Assembly (NCBI GenBank): GCA_000002445.1
Contig: CM000208.1
Coordinates: forward strand, 1,280,001 to 1,344,000
DNA: 64,000 nucleotides
Source: Trypanosoma brucei
Lineage: Eukaryota
Direction: 5' to 3'
Under the pieces are notes generated by a model. That model made no database searches, had not been told where the DNA came from, and saw only the letters and a program-made list of their open reading frames with translations. Position numbers and translations under genes: made by a program. Below, piece after piece: positions 1 through 11,571 of this stretch; the stretch's first letter is position 1; the number at the start of each line of letters is the position of its first letter.

Positions 1-1454
1 AGGGACAATACAAGGAGGCCATACAAGTATACACAGACGCTATTAGATGCGACCCGGAAAACAATGTTCTCCTATGCAATCGAGCTGTTGCCTACTTACT
101 CAACAACCAGTACAGGCTCTCTCTGATGGATTGTGAGAATGTGCTTTACAACTCACCAACCAATCTTAAGGCTCACTGGCGCGCCGCGAAAGCACTTCTG
201 TATATGTATAGGACGAAAGAGGCACGGTATCACTACCGAAAGGCCAGTGAGCTTTCTACCAACGCGGCTGATGAGCGGCTAATAGCCGATGAACTGGAAC
301 TTCTTCATTCGGTGGAGATGTACCACAGCTGCAGTAAGGAAAAACACTGGTCAAAGTGTTTGTGGCACGCTAAACAACTTCTTCAAACTTTTAGCCACAT
401 CAGCCCAATAAATATTCCGTGGCATTGCCTGAAACTTGAGGCCCTTTTGCATTTAGACTGCTGGAAAGCATTGGAGGGTGTCAAGCAACTGAAGAAGAGC
501 CATCCGACGTGCGCCGAGCTGTTCTTTCTCCATGCGAAGAGCCTGTTTTACTGCGCACACAATCAGCGCAGTGTGGCGGAGGCTCTAGAGCTGGTTCGGC
601 ACGCAGTTGAGCTGAAAAAGGCTGACGGAGAAGTAGAGGATAGCCGTTATATCGCCTTAGAGCGCAACCTCACGTTATTTGAGAGATGTCGTGATCGCGG
701 TAATGCGGCATATAAGAGCGGAAACTGGTCAGAAGCATACGATGCGTATACTTCCTGCATTTCGATAGATCCACAGAATACTTCACTTGTTGCAATGGCA
801 TATTGCAACCGCGCAGCAACATGTATGCAGTGTGGCCGCTGGGCTGAGGCGCTGGAGGATGTCAATAACTCTATTAGCATCAACGGCACGGCACCTAAGG
901 CATATACCCGGAGGGCTCACATAAACATCCATTTATTTAGCGAAAAAGGTGGAACAGATATACGCCTTCTTAAACAAGCTGTTAGCGACCTCCGCACGGT
1001 AGTAAAACTTGAGCCAAGCAAAGCAAACAAGCAGCATCTGGATGAGGTCGTTAGAATGACACAAGAAAAAGAAAAACAGATACAGCGCGCACACAATGAT
1101 AATTGCAACCGCTATGGGTCTGGCAGCGAGCGCCATGACTGGCGTGGTAAAGGACATCAAAAACATTCTAGCTCTCCTGGTGCCCAGCATAAAGCTGAGG
1201 GCCAAGACAATCGACGACCATCGGTTGCGACCGCATCACACTCTAGAGCTCAACTTGTGCGGTTGTTGGGGTTGGAGACCACCGCCAATTTGGATGAACA
1301 GGCACTTGTGAGGGCATATCACAAGGCTGCACTTCAGTGGCATCCTGACAGGTGGGTTGGGGCACCCAAACATGAACAACAGGTAGCGGAGCAAAAGTTT
1401 AAGGAAATCAATGTTGCGTATCAAGCGTTGAAGCAGGTGATCGGCAATCGTTGA
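1..1454 (+). CDS. TPR-repeat protein with a C-terminal J domain (DNAJC7/TPR2-like co-chaperone). It is 5'-partial: the reading frame is open from nt 3 to the window edge.
   Basis: The translation frame starting at nt 3 is open into the track ORF 126..1454. It carries repeated TPR-like W/LG/Y/A/F/A/P spacing, for example AYKSGNWSEAYDAYTSCISIDPQN and AYCNRAATCMQCGRWAEALEDVNNSISIN. The C-terminus has a J-domain signature with an HPD tripeptide (YHKAALQWHPDRW ... KFKEINVAYQAL). Confidence 0.8.
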   Translation, partial: GQYKEAIQVYTDAIRCDPENNVLLCNRAVAYLLNNQYRLSLMDCENVLYNSPTNLKAHWRAAKALLYMYRTKEARYHYRKASELSTNAADERLIADELELLHSVEMYHSCSKEKHWSKCLWHAKQLLQTFSHISPINIPWHCLKLEALLHLDCWKALEGVKQLKKSHPTCAELFFLHAKSLFYCAHNQRSVAEALELVRHAVELKKADGEVEDSRYIALERNLTLFERCRDRGNAAYKSGNWSEAYDAYTSCISIDPQNTSLVAMAYCNRAATCMQCGRWAEALEDVNNSISINGTAPKAYTRRAHINIHLFSEKGGTDIRLLKQAVSDLRTVVKLEPSKANKQHLDEVVRMTQEKEKQIQRAHNDNCNRYGSGSERHDWRGKGHQKHSSSPGAQHKAEGQDNRRPSVATASHSRAQLVRLLGLETTANLDEQALVRAYHKAALQWHPDRWVGAPKHEQQVAEQKFKEINVAYQALKQVIGNR

Positions 1455-2290
1455 CTATTAACAACAATATACATTATATATATATCTATATATACATATA
1501 TGTGTGTTTTCTCTTCGCTCCCTCCCTCTTGCCGCAGTTACAATGTCTAGATCTACAAACTCATGGCGCATGAGTTTCTTTCTTTTTCGCAAGGCAATTA
1601 ACATGTACAGGTGGTTTAGTGTTGCGTACACCTTGCCTTGACCCTTTTCTGTTCCTTGCCTTTTACCCACGTGTGAAAACCCCGGCTTCTCTGAGACCAT
1701 ACGCTGTTTGATCTCACTTTTTTGTTTTGTTTAATTTTGTTGGCGTGCGTATATATGTAACGTGTGTGTGTGTGGTGATGTATTAATATATACCCTTGTG
1801 CATCTACTGACGTATTTGAGTAAAACGAATCCCTATAGAGCGTACTAAAGGAAAGGGGATGAGGAAAAAGAAGAGGGGAAGGAGGGGGAGGGGAGGAATT
1901 TAGGGGAAGGTAATTACGGACGTTATGAAGGCACATCGGCCTTGTGTTAATAGAAGGACGGCGGTCATTCATTATTTGTGCACTATGGGACGTTAATGCA
2001 CGGGCTAGCAACTCATTGCCCCTGGCGCCTTGTGTGCTCATGTTCGTTTCTTCTTTCCTTTTCCTTTTCCATTTTGTTTTGTTTTTGTTTTTAGTTCCGT
2101 ACATATTCCTTTTTTTTTTCTCCCGTGTTCACGATACGACATCAATTGCGAGGTGGATGAGGAAAAGAAACACGTATTAGTAGAGCTTTAATCACAAGTG
2201 AAAGATGATAAACAAGAAGTGAGAGGAGGAAAAGGGGTAAACCCCCAAATTTACGTTAATATCTAAGTCATGTCTACGTTTAGCTGAATA

Positions 2291-2315
2291 TGTGTGTGTG
2301 TGTGTGTGTGTGTGT
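2291..2315. repeat. (TG)n microsatellite, about 12 units
   Basis: Direct read: tgtgtgtgtg... in the intergenic region. Confidence 0.95.
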
Positions 2316-3189
2316 TTATGTGGTAGGGGCCCCGGGGATACGTGGGATCGTGATAGAGGTTCGAATGCTATTCGTGGAAAGACTTCTTTATTTTTCTTTT
2401 TTCCCCCTCCCTTTTACGTTCTCTTTGAATTGTTTTATTTTGTTGTGCGTTGCACCGGTTGCCGGCACATTATAATTATTACTTCTACCATTTTGCGTTG
2501 TAGAAATGTGGTCTCGGTTTAAAACGAACGAGCGAGAGGGTGATTTGATGCAATTTGCCCCCTTTTTTATTCCCTCATTTCTCTGCCGTTCAAGGTATTA
2601 CCGTGTGAGGGTGGAGGGACACATCCTTATTTTCTTTTGCGTTCTTCGCTTCCTATTTTCAGAGTGGCGATTTGACAGAATTATTATTTTTGTCATTGCG
2701 CTGTGCTTGGCACGGCTATAGCTACCGTCCCCGATGCTTTGTTGTGTTTACACGATATATGTTTTATCTCCTTTGTTATCTGTTTGTCGCCCAACATATA
2801 TGCAAATAATTATATCTTTATATATCTGCATGCATTTCCCCCTTCTCTTATGCTGCTTCAAAGTGCGTGGTAGTCGTCGGTAAGTTGATAAGCGTATTTG
2901 GGGTTGCAAAGCGGCTAAAGGAAAAGCACCAAAGGTGGCGAAGTTTTGAGGAAAGGTAACTGAATTAGAGAAACTTGGAAAACATCTATAGGTGTGTAAA
3001 AATCCGAAAAAAAAATAGGTGAGGAAGGTTAAATCGAGGAAGCGGAAAGGAACGGGTGGTAGGATCATATACTGTGTGGAAAAGGCGGTTTGGTAGCGTT
3101 ACAGTGTTAATCCATACGGTTCCTCGACAGCATTTTGCACTGCGCCTCCCACTTAATTTTCAAGGTGTCAGCCGTGTAAAGCTCGCAAC

Positions 3190-4137
3190 ATGGGCTCAAT
3201 GGTAATCGGAGGTGACCGCAAGTCAATCTCCTCGGTCGAACCCCTCACGGCCCTTCAATCGAGTAACGCAACACCCAACAAGGTCAATCAGAGGCCAACT
3301 CCCTCACAGAGGGAACAAAAGCAGGAGACGTCAAAGTCACCGCTTGTTATGCGGGCAAATGCAGCTGCTGATGTGCATCAGTGGCCAGATTTTTCGGGAT
3401 TCCGTGAGAGGAACGACATCTTCAACACCAGTAGTTTACCGCGCTCCCCCAATCAGAAGCAAATGGACACTCATGCAGAGAATAACAGTAAAGCAGAACT
3501 TACCTCACCGGCAAGTGAAGGTAGTGGACGTGTGATGGAACGAAGCATGACAGCGGCGGTATCCGCTCGAACATTTAGTGACGACAGAGTGTTAGATGAT
3601 GAATCTGATATTGACATCGTCATTCACATGCCAACACATTACCAGCCGGGCCCACCGGCACAGATCCAGGAGAAGGAGGTCGTGTCATCATCATCCCCTA
3701 GTTGCAACACAGGTGTCGCACTGTCCACCAACGAGGTGCCCTGTAGGGACATTATTAATTCAGCGGAAAACGAGAAAGTTTCCTTTACTGGGGCATGTCA
3801 GCAAAAAGAGATTGCCCATCTAAACGAATTTGTTGCAGTGGTAAAGGAGGCTGTAGTGAAAGCTGTGGTTGAAATTCCCGCATCGCCAAAGCCTCAACGT
3901 CGACCTCGGTTGACCCGGGCACTTCTCAACAGGACCAGGGAAGTTACCTTTAAGCCGTACACCATCGAGGAGTGGCTGGGGGGCGTACAACTACTTGGGG
4001 ACCAACCGGCTGCGGTTAAAATTTGTTCAGTGGAGAATGTTATACTCACGGCCACGATAGCGACAATGAAGGTGGAGGATCAGTTCACCGGAAGCAACGG
4101 ATGCACCGATGCTAGATTGGAGGAGTCCACTAACTGA
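3190..4137 (+). CDS. Hypothetical protein with a Ser/Pro/Gln-rich low-complexity N-terminal half
   Basis: 315-codon ORF in the same orientation as all neighbouring genes. A polypyrimidine tract plus AG lies upstream at about 3135-3165. I recognise no homology. Confidence 0.45.
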   Translation: MGSMVIGGDRKSISSVEPLTALQSSNATPNKVNQRPTPSQREQKQETSKSPLVMRANAAADVHQWPDFSGFRERNDIFNTSSLPRSPNQKQMDTHAENNSKAELTSPASEGSGRVMERSMTAAVSARTFSDDRVLDDESDIDIVIHMPTHYQPGPPAQIQEKEVVSSSSPSCNTGVALSTNEVPCRDIINSAENEKVSFTGACQQKEIAHLNEFVAVVKEAVVKAVVEIPASPKPQRRPRLTRALLNRTREVTFKPYTIEEWLGGVQLLGDQPAAVKICSVENVILTATIATMKVEDQFTGSNGCTDARLEESTN

Positions 4138-4227
4138 ATAAATGATACTCTGCTGCTGGAACTTACCAAATGGGATTTCTATTGATACAATCTTAGTTTA
4201 AGGCAGCCCTTTGAATCAAATATTTCT

Positions 4228-4572
4228 GCAGCTTGAAGTTCCCGTGTATTTTCTGAGGGCGAGACATTTATAACGTAAAAGTGGTATTATTTTCAGATAC
4301 ATCGCCTCTTTCCCTCTATCTCTCTTTCTCTGGCGGACGTTTATTTTTGTTTTATACACACCTCCAGTGGTAATTTTTTTTTCTTGTATTCTCTGCGTGC
4401 TGAAGTTCCACTTTGTTCCGTTCCATGTTATAGAGTAGTGTGAACTCAAATGTGTGAGGGAAATAAGAGCTGTCTGATTATCTTCTGTGTGTGTTTGTGT
4501 TTGTTCGGGAAGTTCACGTGCAGAAGTTTATGCGTTACATTATTTTGATACCACTGTATTATTGAAATACCT
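4228..4572 (+). repeat. Copy A of a ~350-bp dispersed repeat (copy B is at 13724..14093). It contains an internal (TG)n tract.
   Basis: Long stretches are identical to 13724..14093, including gaagttcccgtgtattttctgagggcgagacatttataacgtaaaagtggtattattttcagatacatcgcctctttccctctatctctc and tgtgaactcaaatgtgtgagggaaataagagctgtctgattatcttctgtgtgtgtttgtgt. Both copies give the same spurious minus-strand ORF peptide HYSITWNGTKWNFSTQRIQEK in the ORF track. Confidence 0.85.
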
Positions 4573-5586
4573 CACAGCACACAACTGTTTCCTCCATTGA
4601 TGTCTTGTTTCCGCAAGCATATTGATGTATGATACACATTTTCCATCTATTGTTCCTTTCCGTGGTCTTGTAGACAGATCAGCAATATCGTTTTTCAATT
4701 CTTTAACGTTCGGACAGCTAACGTTATTGTTATTGTCATTATTACTATTTTCGTTGATATATATTACGTGGGTTAAATTGTTGTAACCCAGGAGTACTCG
4801 TTCTGTGGATTTTGAGTTATTTTTTCCCCCTTTAACCCACTAGGTTTTCTTATTTTCTTCTCGTTTCTCAGATCGCGTCCATGGGTAAGAAAATGTGGCA
4901 AGGGCGGAAAAGGGAAGGGAGAGGGATGCGTAAAAGAAACGGAGAATTTAAACTGAATGTAATGATGGGGGAATCAGTTCTGTAGAAATAAACAAGTGAT
5001 TCATCACTTTTTTTTTCAATTTGTCAGTGCTTGTTTGTCTTTTTTCTTTCCCTACTTTAGTTTTTTTTCTTTTTATTATTATTTTTTGATAGCCCTATAT
5101 CCCACCCTTTCCTTCCAGACCCCCTTTTCCCAGTTGTGGATGTGTTATATATTTTTTTTCCTTTTCTTTTCCATCTTTGTTGGTACGTACTCGTGCACAT
5201 CGTCACATGCTGCGAATGGTCTCTAAAAGCAGAATTTAGAGGGAATTGGTGACGGATTGTGGAGAGACATGTGAGGCGTGTGCATTTTTTTTTATGTCCA
5301 TAACCACGCGCGTGTGTGTTTCATATATCTATTTATGTGTTTAAGTACCAGGGGGGGGAAAGAAGGGCGGGAGAATAAATAAATAAATGAAAAACAGATG
5401 AAAAGAGTGTCAAAGTTGATGAGAGAAATGACAAAAGAGACTCGAATGTGATTTGTTACTTTATCTATTTATTTGCTGTTTATTATTATTTTTTAACTTG
5501 TGTGTGCGTTTGCATCACTAAAACGTGAGCACAAGGGGATGAGTTGTCAGTGGCAGAGCCGTGAAGGAAAGGGGCACTATTTGACG

Positions 5587-5607
5587 TATATATATATATA
5601 TATATAT
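5587..5607. repeat. (TA)n microsatellite
   Basis: Direct read. Confidence 0.95.
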
Positions 5608-6685
5608 TCAATCTTACGTTTTATGATAACAATATAAAGTTATTATTACCAATGCTACCATTGTTTTTTCTCCATGTGCCGTCTTAAACCCTTGTGAAAC
5701 GTCTTACAGCTCATGAAAGGGTGGCGGAAGGGAAACGAGAATAAATAACTTTTTCCTCTAACCGTAGTATTTGGTTTGCGCCCCACTACAGCCCCCCTCT
5801 TATACTTTTTCTTACCTTTTTAAAATTTTGTTTCAGCAACGTGGTAGCGCAGGGCACGAAGTGTTGCGTTGTGAACGGTCGCTCATTGTGCTACCAAAAC
5901 GATGGACAGAAGCGTATGAACACAGACGGACAAAAAATAATATATGTATGCATTTGTGTGTTTGTTTATGCCTTGTAGTCTATAAATGTAAAAGCAGTTA
6001 TGCACCTGATTCTGTTCGAAGTTGCTCTATAGGATCAGTGTGAGATGGAGTACTCGTGAGCAATACGGACACTAGTAATAATAATCATAATCACGATAAT
6101 TATGGTCGCAATTTTTATAAATTCTTCTCACTTGTATATATAAATATGTAATTGTTTACTCGCATGTGCAGGAGGACATACTCCTCAGGTATGGAGAGTG
6201 GTGAAAGACTCTGCCGTGGGGCGGGGGCTGCCAAATATTTGCGTGTGTGTATGGGCAGGTGTGCTTTGAGAAAAGGAAATGATGGATTACGGGAAACAGG
6301 TTGAATGATTCAATACCCCAATAACACTTACCGATGCTATTCAAACCTCTTCATCCAAAAGGGAGTGCATATATGATTTCCAACTTATTTTTTTCTCATT
6401 TTTATTCCTATTACCATTACTATGATTATTATTTCAAATCACTATGGGCACTTTCTTTCGGCTCAGTGTCAATTTGCATTTTATTTTTGTTTCTCAGTTT
6501 GTTAAGCAATGCAATACACTCGTTCCTGCGTCGTAGTGATAGTTTACTGCAGTATTCCCTCGTAGCTAAAAGATATGCACCTCCAACTTCATTGAGGGGA
6601 GCGCATGAGGCTAATTTATGTCTGCTCGTGGGAAGTACCCAGCGTAATAGCCCTCTCCATTGTTTGCTGCTCAGCCGTGACTGAT

Positions 6686-6780
6686 GATTTTTTTCTTTCT
6701 CTTACTCTTACTTTTCTTCTTTGTGTTGGTTTCTTGCCATTATAGGTTACAGCCGCTATTTTTTTTTTTTTTTTTGATAA
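6686..6780 (+). promoter_or_regulatory. Polypyrimidine tract, a candidate trans-splicing/polyadenylation signal upstream of the 6921 CDS
   Basis: ttttttctttctcttactcttacttttcttctttgtg ... ctatttttttttttttttt, followed by AG dinucleotides. Confidence 0.5.
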
Positions 6781-6920
6781 GGCCCTGCAAAGGGGATCGT
6801 AAGCGGAAGGGGTATACGGTGCGATTTGTTTGAGCGGGCCGTTCCTCTGCTTTATATTTCCTTCAGTTACCGTTCTTTTAGTGGAGGGGGGCACCTTAGC
6901 ACGAAGGGGAAATATAGGGG

Positions 6921-8216
6921 ATGCAACACATTAACCATAGATTCAGTTACTTCATAGATAACTACATTCTACTACTTGCAGAGCGGTTTGGTATTCCACT
7001 CAGCACTGAGGCCCCTTCAGAACGCAGCGGCGGTGACGACGTTGACGATATCGATGGGAGCGGTCTCGCGAAATGGGAGCAAGTTGCCGAATGTGTGCGG
7101 GAGGCGTTGAGTCGCCCGAAGACGGCAGAAGAGCGCCAAGCGCTTCTTCACGTCGACGTGAGTATGCTTGATGCAAAGGTTTGCCGCGGGAGGTTGCAAT
7201 ATCTCATATGGCAAGCTGAAAGGTCGGTGGAGGGTGGGGTTGGGGAGAGGATAAAAGGAAAGGAATCACCATCCTTTTCGGTATTTAATATCACACGTGA
7301 CTCACTACGGGACAAAATTCAGGGCATATATGCCTCGGTTCGGGATCATTTACCGAGCACAATCGCCCCTCGACGCAACCACAACGGGAATTCCACCGGG
7401 CCCGCCGTTCAAAGTGGTTCACAGGGAGATAAGGACGTTATGGATTACGATAGTGACGGTGACGGAAGCGAAGGCAGTCTTCATGTCGTTGATGTCGTTT
7501 TGCCAACGGAGGCGGAGGCTCGGCGTAACCGAGTGGTGGCGGAAGCTCGTGATGATCTTCTGTCGAAGATACAAAAAATGCAACTGGATTTCTTTGAGAA
7601 GCATAGACGATGGGTGGACGTTCCCTTCGATTTCGACACTGTTCCTAACGATGGTAGTGGGCCTGAGGAAACATCCCCTCAATCGGACAGCACTGGACTT
7701 TCGAAATCCGCCGCGCGAGAGGCACTGGAAAATGGAACTCCAACTCGGTTACCACCCAGTAGTGAGATGCCAGAGCCCACAATGCGCAACGAACTTGCAG
7801 GGGAATCTGATGGCCCTAAACTTGATCCGATAATGAGTCTTTTCAACGCCCTGCGGGAGGACCGTCGCGTCGGGCGCCCACCACGCCCTTCTCAAATGAG
7901 GGAAGAGGATTACGAAAAGCAATACGTGCATGCCTCAACAATGCCCTCCGCCCCCGCTGGGTTTCCTAATGCATTGGATGGACAAACTATCCGCCGTTTC
8001 AATGGGAGGCCGAGCACTGAGTCCGTGCGAACGCCGGAACCCGAAAAGCCGGCGAATGAGCCTCTGCCCATCAAGAACACCATCAGTAATGGCGGCGCCG
8101 TGACACATGAGGGGCGCGCACCACAGCTACGGGCAAATAGGTGGAATGTTGTGGAGTACGACGGTGAGGATAGCTCTGAAAGTGAGAGTAGCACCGATGT
8201 AGAATGCGTGACGTAG
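6921..8216 (+). CDS. Hypothetical acidic protein with Asp/Glu/Ser-rich low-complexity stretches
   Basis: 431-codon ORF on the + strand, preceded by a strong polyY tract. I recognise no domain. Confidence 0.45.
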   Translation: MQHINHRFSYFIDNYILLLAERFGIPLSTEAPSERSGGDDVDDIDGSGLAKWEQVAECVREALSRPKTAEERQALLHVDVSMLDAKVCRGRLQYLIWQAERSVEGGVGERIKGKESPSFSVFNITRDSLRDKIQGIYASVRDHLPSTIAPRRNHNGNSTGPAVQSGSQGDKDVMDYDSDGDGSEGSLHVVDVVLPTEAEARRNRVVAEARDDLLSKIQKMQLDFFEKHRRWVDVPFDFDTVPNDGSGPEETSPQSDSTGLSKSAAREALENGTPTRLPPSSEMPEPTMRNELAGESDGPKLDPIMSLFNALREDRRVGRPPRPSQMREEDYEKQYVHASTMPSAPAGFPNALDGQTIRRFNGRPSTESVRTPEPEKPANEPLPIKNTISNGGAVTHEGRAPQLRANRWNVVEYDGEDSSESESSTDVECVT

Positions 8217-10068
8217 GTGAAGGGAAGGTTGTAGGCCTCTTCCCCTAATAGGTCATTACTTTCCGCTCTTATGACTCACCAGGTAACCACTTTTCTTTTT
8301 CTAGGGATGAGGGTCAGTTCACTTCCTCCCTGACTTACTGCGTCTTGCGTGTTAATATACCTGAGCCGTTCGGGATGTCGTCCGTTGGCGCTTTTCCGCC
8401 ACGAGGGCCTCATGCATTCACACACGAACTACGCAGAGATATAGATGGTAGGTGAGTGAGGTAAGGCGGGTCATGCGGCGTGTGGGTTACGAGGCGCATG
8501 GGGAGGGGGGAAGAAAAAAGGAATGCGTATGAAATAAGAGTGGAGTGATGTAGTTAATAAAGTTGTGGAGGCAGGGAGGGTACATCAGCACCCGAACAAT
8601 AGATCTTTCGTGCATGCATGTGGGGGAGTTCCTTCGTATACATCTGCGCTGTCATTATTACTGAGAGGGATGCTTGTTTCATCAAGTGAATTTGAAGTGG
8701 GCCGGCGAATGGACAAACCAGTGGGTTTGTGTGACGGTTAGTGACTTAAACTTAAAACAATTTCACGGTGTGTGCGCACCCTGAGGCTAACATGCGCCGC
8801 GTTGTTCTTCAACAGTTGCACCACTCAGTGTTCCGAAAAGAACGTTTCAGAATCACCCCTATTTTTAATCCATTTCTTTTTCTCAACTTGTGCGAAAAGG
8901 GTATTATTTTTGTCTCATTTACTTTTCCCTAGTGTCCTGTATCGGTGGAGGGGGACTGCTCCTCCAGAACACGTAAAAAATGGGGACTTAGGAATCACGA
9001 AGGATTAGCTCTTGATGGTTAGAGCTACACACTGTAGTATAATATGCTATCGGCCCCTAATAACTATAAGTTATAAATGTGGAGCGCAAGTTCTCGTAAA
9101 GCAGTTCGTCTTAAAAATGCTAGTGGTTGAGTGTGTGTTTGTGTGTTTGTGGGGATAGTCGGATCCACACCAAAGAGAGAAAGTTGTGAAGAGAGGCAGC
9201 AGCATCACTTGTTGGATGGTTATCCCTGTCACCAAACATATCCAACATTCCTCAGAGGCCGAGGTGCGGTGTGCTCACGATTATTGTGGTCTGCAAGCTG
9301 TTTATGTGCGTGAAAGCCCCCACTTTTTTTTTTGTGCTGCCGTAAGCGGTTTGGCCACTTTGGTCGATGTGACACGTGTATGTGTGTGTGCGTGGTGAGC
9401 ACCTCGTTATGGGAAACATCGATGACTTGTATCTGCGTGTGCTGCTGCTTGGGGGTTGTTGGGACACTTTTTTTTCGGAGGTGGCAGCCACAGTGGTGCC
9501 ACGGAGTTGCATTATTCAACTGGCAGCAGTAGCGGGGACGTCGGAGCCGTGTCCCTACACCTTTTCGTTGACCCTTTGCAACCGTTGGTGAAGGCGATGA
9601 GATCCGTAAAGCCCTCTGTTTAGGGGTTTCTTGTTTTTATATGCATTGCGCGTACGATAGTTTTAGTTTTACGACCATTCTCTGACCCGCAGATGCGTAA
9701 ATGGGGCCAGCATACTGAGAGAACACCGAAGGGTCACTGTTTTAACGCGGTGTGACTTTCCCTCAAGCTTCCTTATTCTGCATTGTGTTATCCTCGTCAA
9801 TAATTCGGAAACGCTCTCAATTATTTTGCTTTTTGCTTTGTTGGCACCGCCGTCGCCACCTGTTGGGGACGCACCGGTGACTACTTTTCATTCGTGCAGG
9901 GGAGGGGACTGGAAGGCGTAGGGACATCGTGGCAGTTGCTTAACTGTAGTTCAGAAGGGTCGCACTCAGGAAGGCGCCAGAAGTGTGAAAGGTGTTGGAA
10001 CTGCGGGACCGTTTACGAGAGGTAGAGATCCCTGAGGTGTTCCTTTTCCCACATTTCAGTTAGGAGAT

Positions 10069-11571
10069 ATGAACCCGTCCTATTTGAATCAGATATTGAG
10101 TTACCCCCAACGCGAATCGCTAATTTCGGAGTGCCCCGCGCTTGCACTCCTCTGCTATCAGGAATTAGTGGCTGCCTTCCGCAAAGGGAAACGCATTGCT
10201 GATCCGCTGTCTTTGAGGGATGATGTCACAGTCCTACTTTCCATTGGATCGTTGCATGAACTGACGGACCGGATTTTCTCAGCTGCACCGCATGAATCCG
10301 CTTTGCCTCCTCTCTGGTGTACGCTTCGGAAGGCTCTTGAGTGTGCCTGGGACCCCAGAGGTGATGGTGAGCGACAATGTGAACTAACGATGGTGGGTGG
10401 GAAACTCCGATTTTACAAGAAAAAATGTGATAGGATGCCGCTTGCACAGTCATCAATGCGGAACGCACTTAATATGAGTAGAACACGCATTCGAGAAGTT
10501 ATTGCCTGTGCCCTATCGGGTTCACTGGAGCCCCTTGGAGGGAGACGTAACGAGCCTATCGCTGCATTACTTCAGTTTTCCCGCCTGATCCCACCACCGT
10601 CGGAAGAGCGGGTCGTCACCTCTGAAGGATTGGCATTTTGCATGCAGCCCCTTCAACAACAGTGGTGGACATTAGTATCTGTTGTGTTAGATCGCGCACT
10701 GGCCATAATGTCGGGTAAAGGAGTCTCACGCGCCACTCTTTGGCAGCTTCTAGCTGTTCTGTTTGCACTTAACACAAGTGATTATGTTTACTTGTTTCCT
10801 TCAAAGGATGATGACCTTGAGGCCTTTCAACTGCTGGCGCGCCTCTCGGAGGTCGGGTTGGTTTACCCCCTTATTTGTAACGGAGAGAAATGCTTTGTGC
10901 TTTCTCCCCACTTCCACCACGCCATATGTTGGAGTTCTACACCATCGCTTTGCACAGCGGCATTGCTGGACGACACGAGGGGTCCATCGTCTCGTCTACG
11001 GCGGGAGGATGAAGATACTATCATCACTGAAACAAATTTTCGACTATACGCATACACGAAAAATCCTGACATGCTGCGCATTCTTGATCAATTTGCGGTA
11101 AAGGAAGTGGATGTGGTGGGAATGGTTGTATGCTACAGGGTGACACGAGCATCATTTGCAAGTGCACTAGCGAAAGGCATAGGCGCAAACCATATATTGC
11201 AATTTCTTACGGTGAAGGCACATCCTTCTATGATCAAGCAGAGCAATAGTGAGGCTGGTGACCCGTCGTGCCCGGTTCTCCCCGCTGCTTCTGTGGGATT
11301 CGGTAATACATCTGAATATCGTCAGGGAAATATTATACCACAATCCTTTTGTGATCAACTGTTCACGTGGGAGAGGGAATGCCGAAGACTAATTTTTCGT
11401 CACGATGTGGTGCTGTTGAAAAATATCGGGAAAGAGCAGATGGAAATAATCTTAAACTGTCTTTCAAATAGTGGGGAACAGCACGCCGTGGTGCATCGCG
11501 AGAGCGGTACTTTGGCCATTGAACAGGAGGTTTACACGCGTGTACTGTCCAATTTCATTACTCCGGATTAA
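10069..11571 (+). CDS. Probable general transcription factor TFIIH subunit p52 (Tfb2/GTF2H4 family)
   Basis: The segment DTIITETNFRLYAYTKNPDMLRILDQF matches the Tfb2/p52 hallmark motif (ETNFR-x-YAYT), as I remember it. A downstream ...DQLFTWERE... resembles the conserved DQIRLWE region. The length of 500 aa is typical of p52. The polyY tract and AG at 10035-10062 give an acceptor just upstream of the ATG. Confidence 0.65.
   Translation: MNPSYLNQILSYPQRESLISECPALALLCYQELVAAFRKGKRIADPLSLRDDVTVLLSIGSLHELTDRIFSAAPHESALPPLWCTLRKALECAWDPRGDGERQCELTMVGGKLRFYKKKCDRMPLAQSSMRNALNMSRTRIREVIACALSGSLEPLGGRRNEPIAALLQFSRLIPPPSEERVVTSEGLAFCMQPLQQQWWTLVSVVLDRALAIMSGKGVSRATLWQLLAVLFALNTSDYVYLFPSKDDDLEAFQLLARLSEVGLVYPLICNGEKCFVLSPHFHHAICWSSTPSLCTAALLDDTRGPSSRLRREDEDTIITETNFRLYAYTKNPDMLRILDQFAVKEVDVVGMVVCYRVTRASFASALAKGIGANHILQFLTVKAHPSMIKQSNSEAGDPSCPVLPAASVGFGNTSEYRQGNIIPQSFCDQLFTWERECRRLIFRHDVVLLKNIGKEQMEIILNCLSNSGEQHAVVHRESGTLAIEQEVYTRVLSNFITPD

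Noticed and set aside
2350-2375. GGTTCGAAT T-loop-like heptamer
   Set aside because: The flanking 5-nt segments are not complementary (agagg versus gctat), so there is no T-stem. There is no acceptor-stem pairing.
9018-9037. tRNA D-arm-like sequence AGCTCTTGATGGTTAGAGCT
   Set aside because: The downstream sequence cannot form an anticodon or T arm. There is no GGTTCGAATCC-type T-loop within 60 nt.
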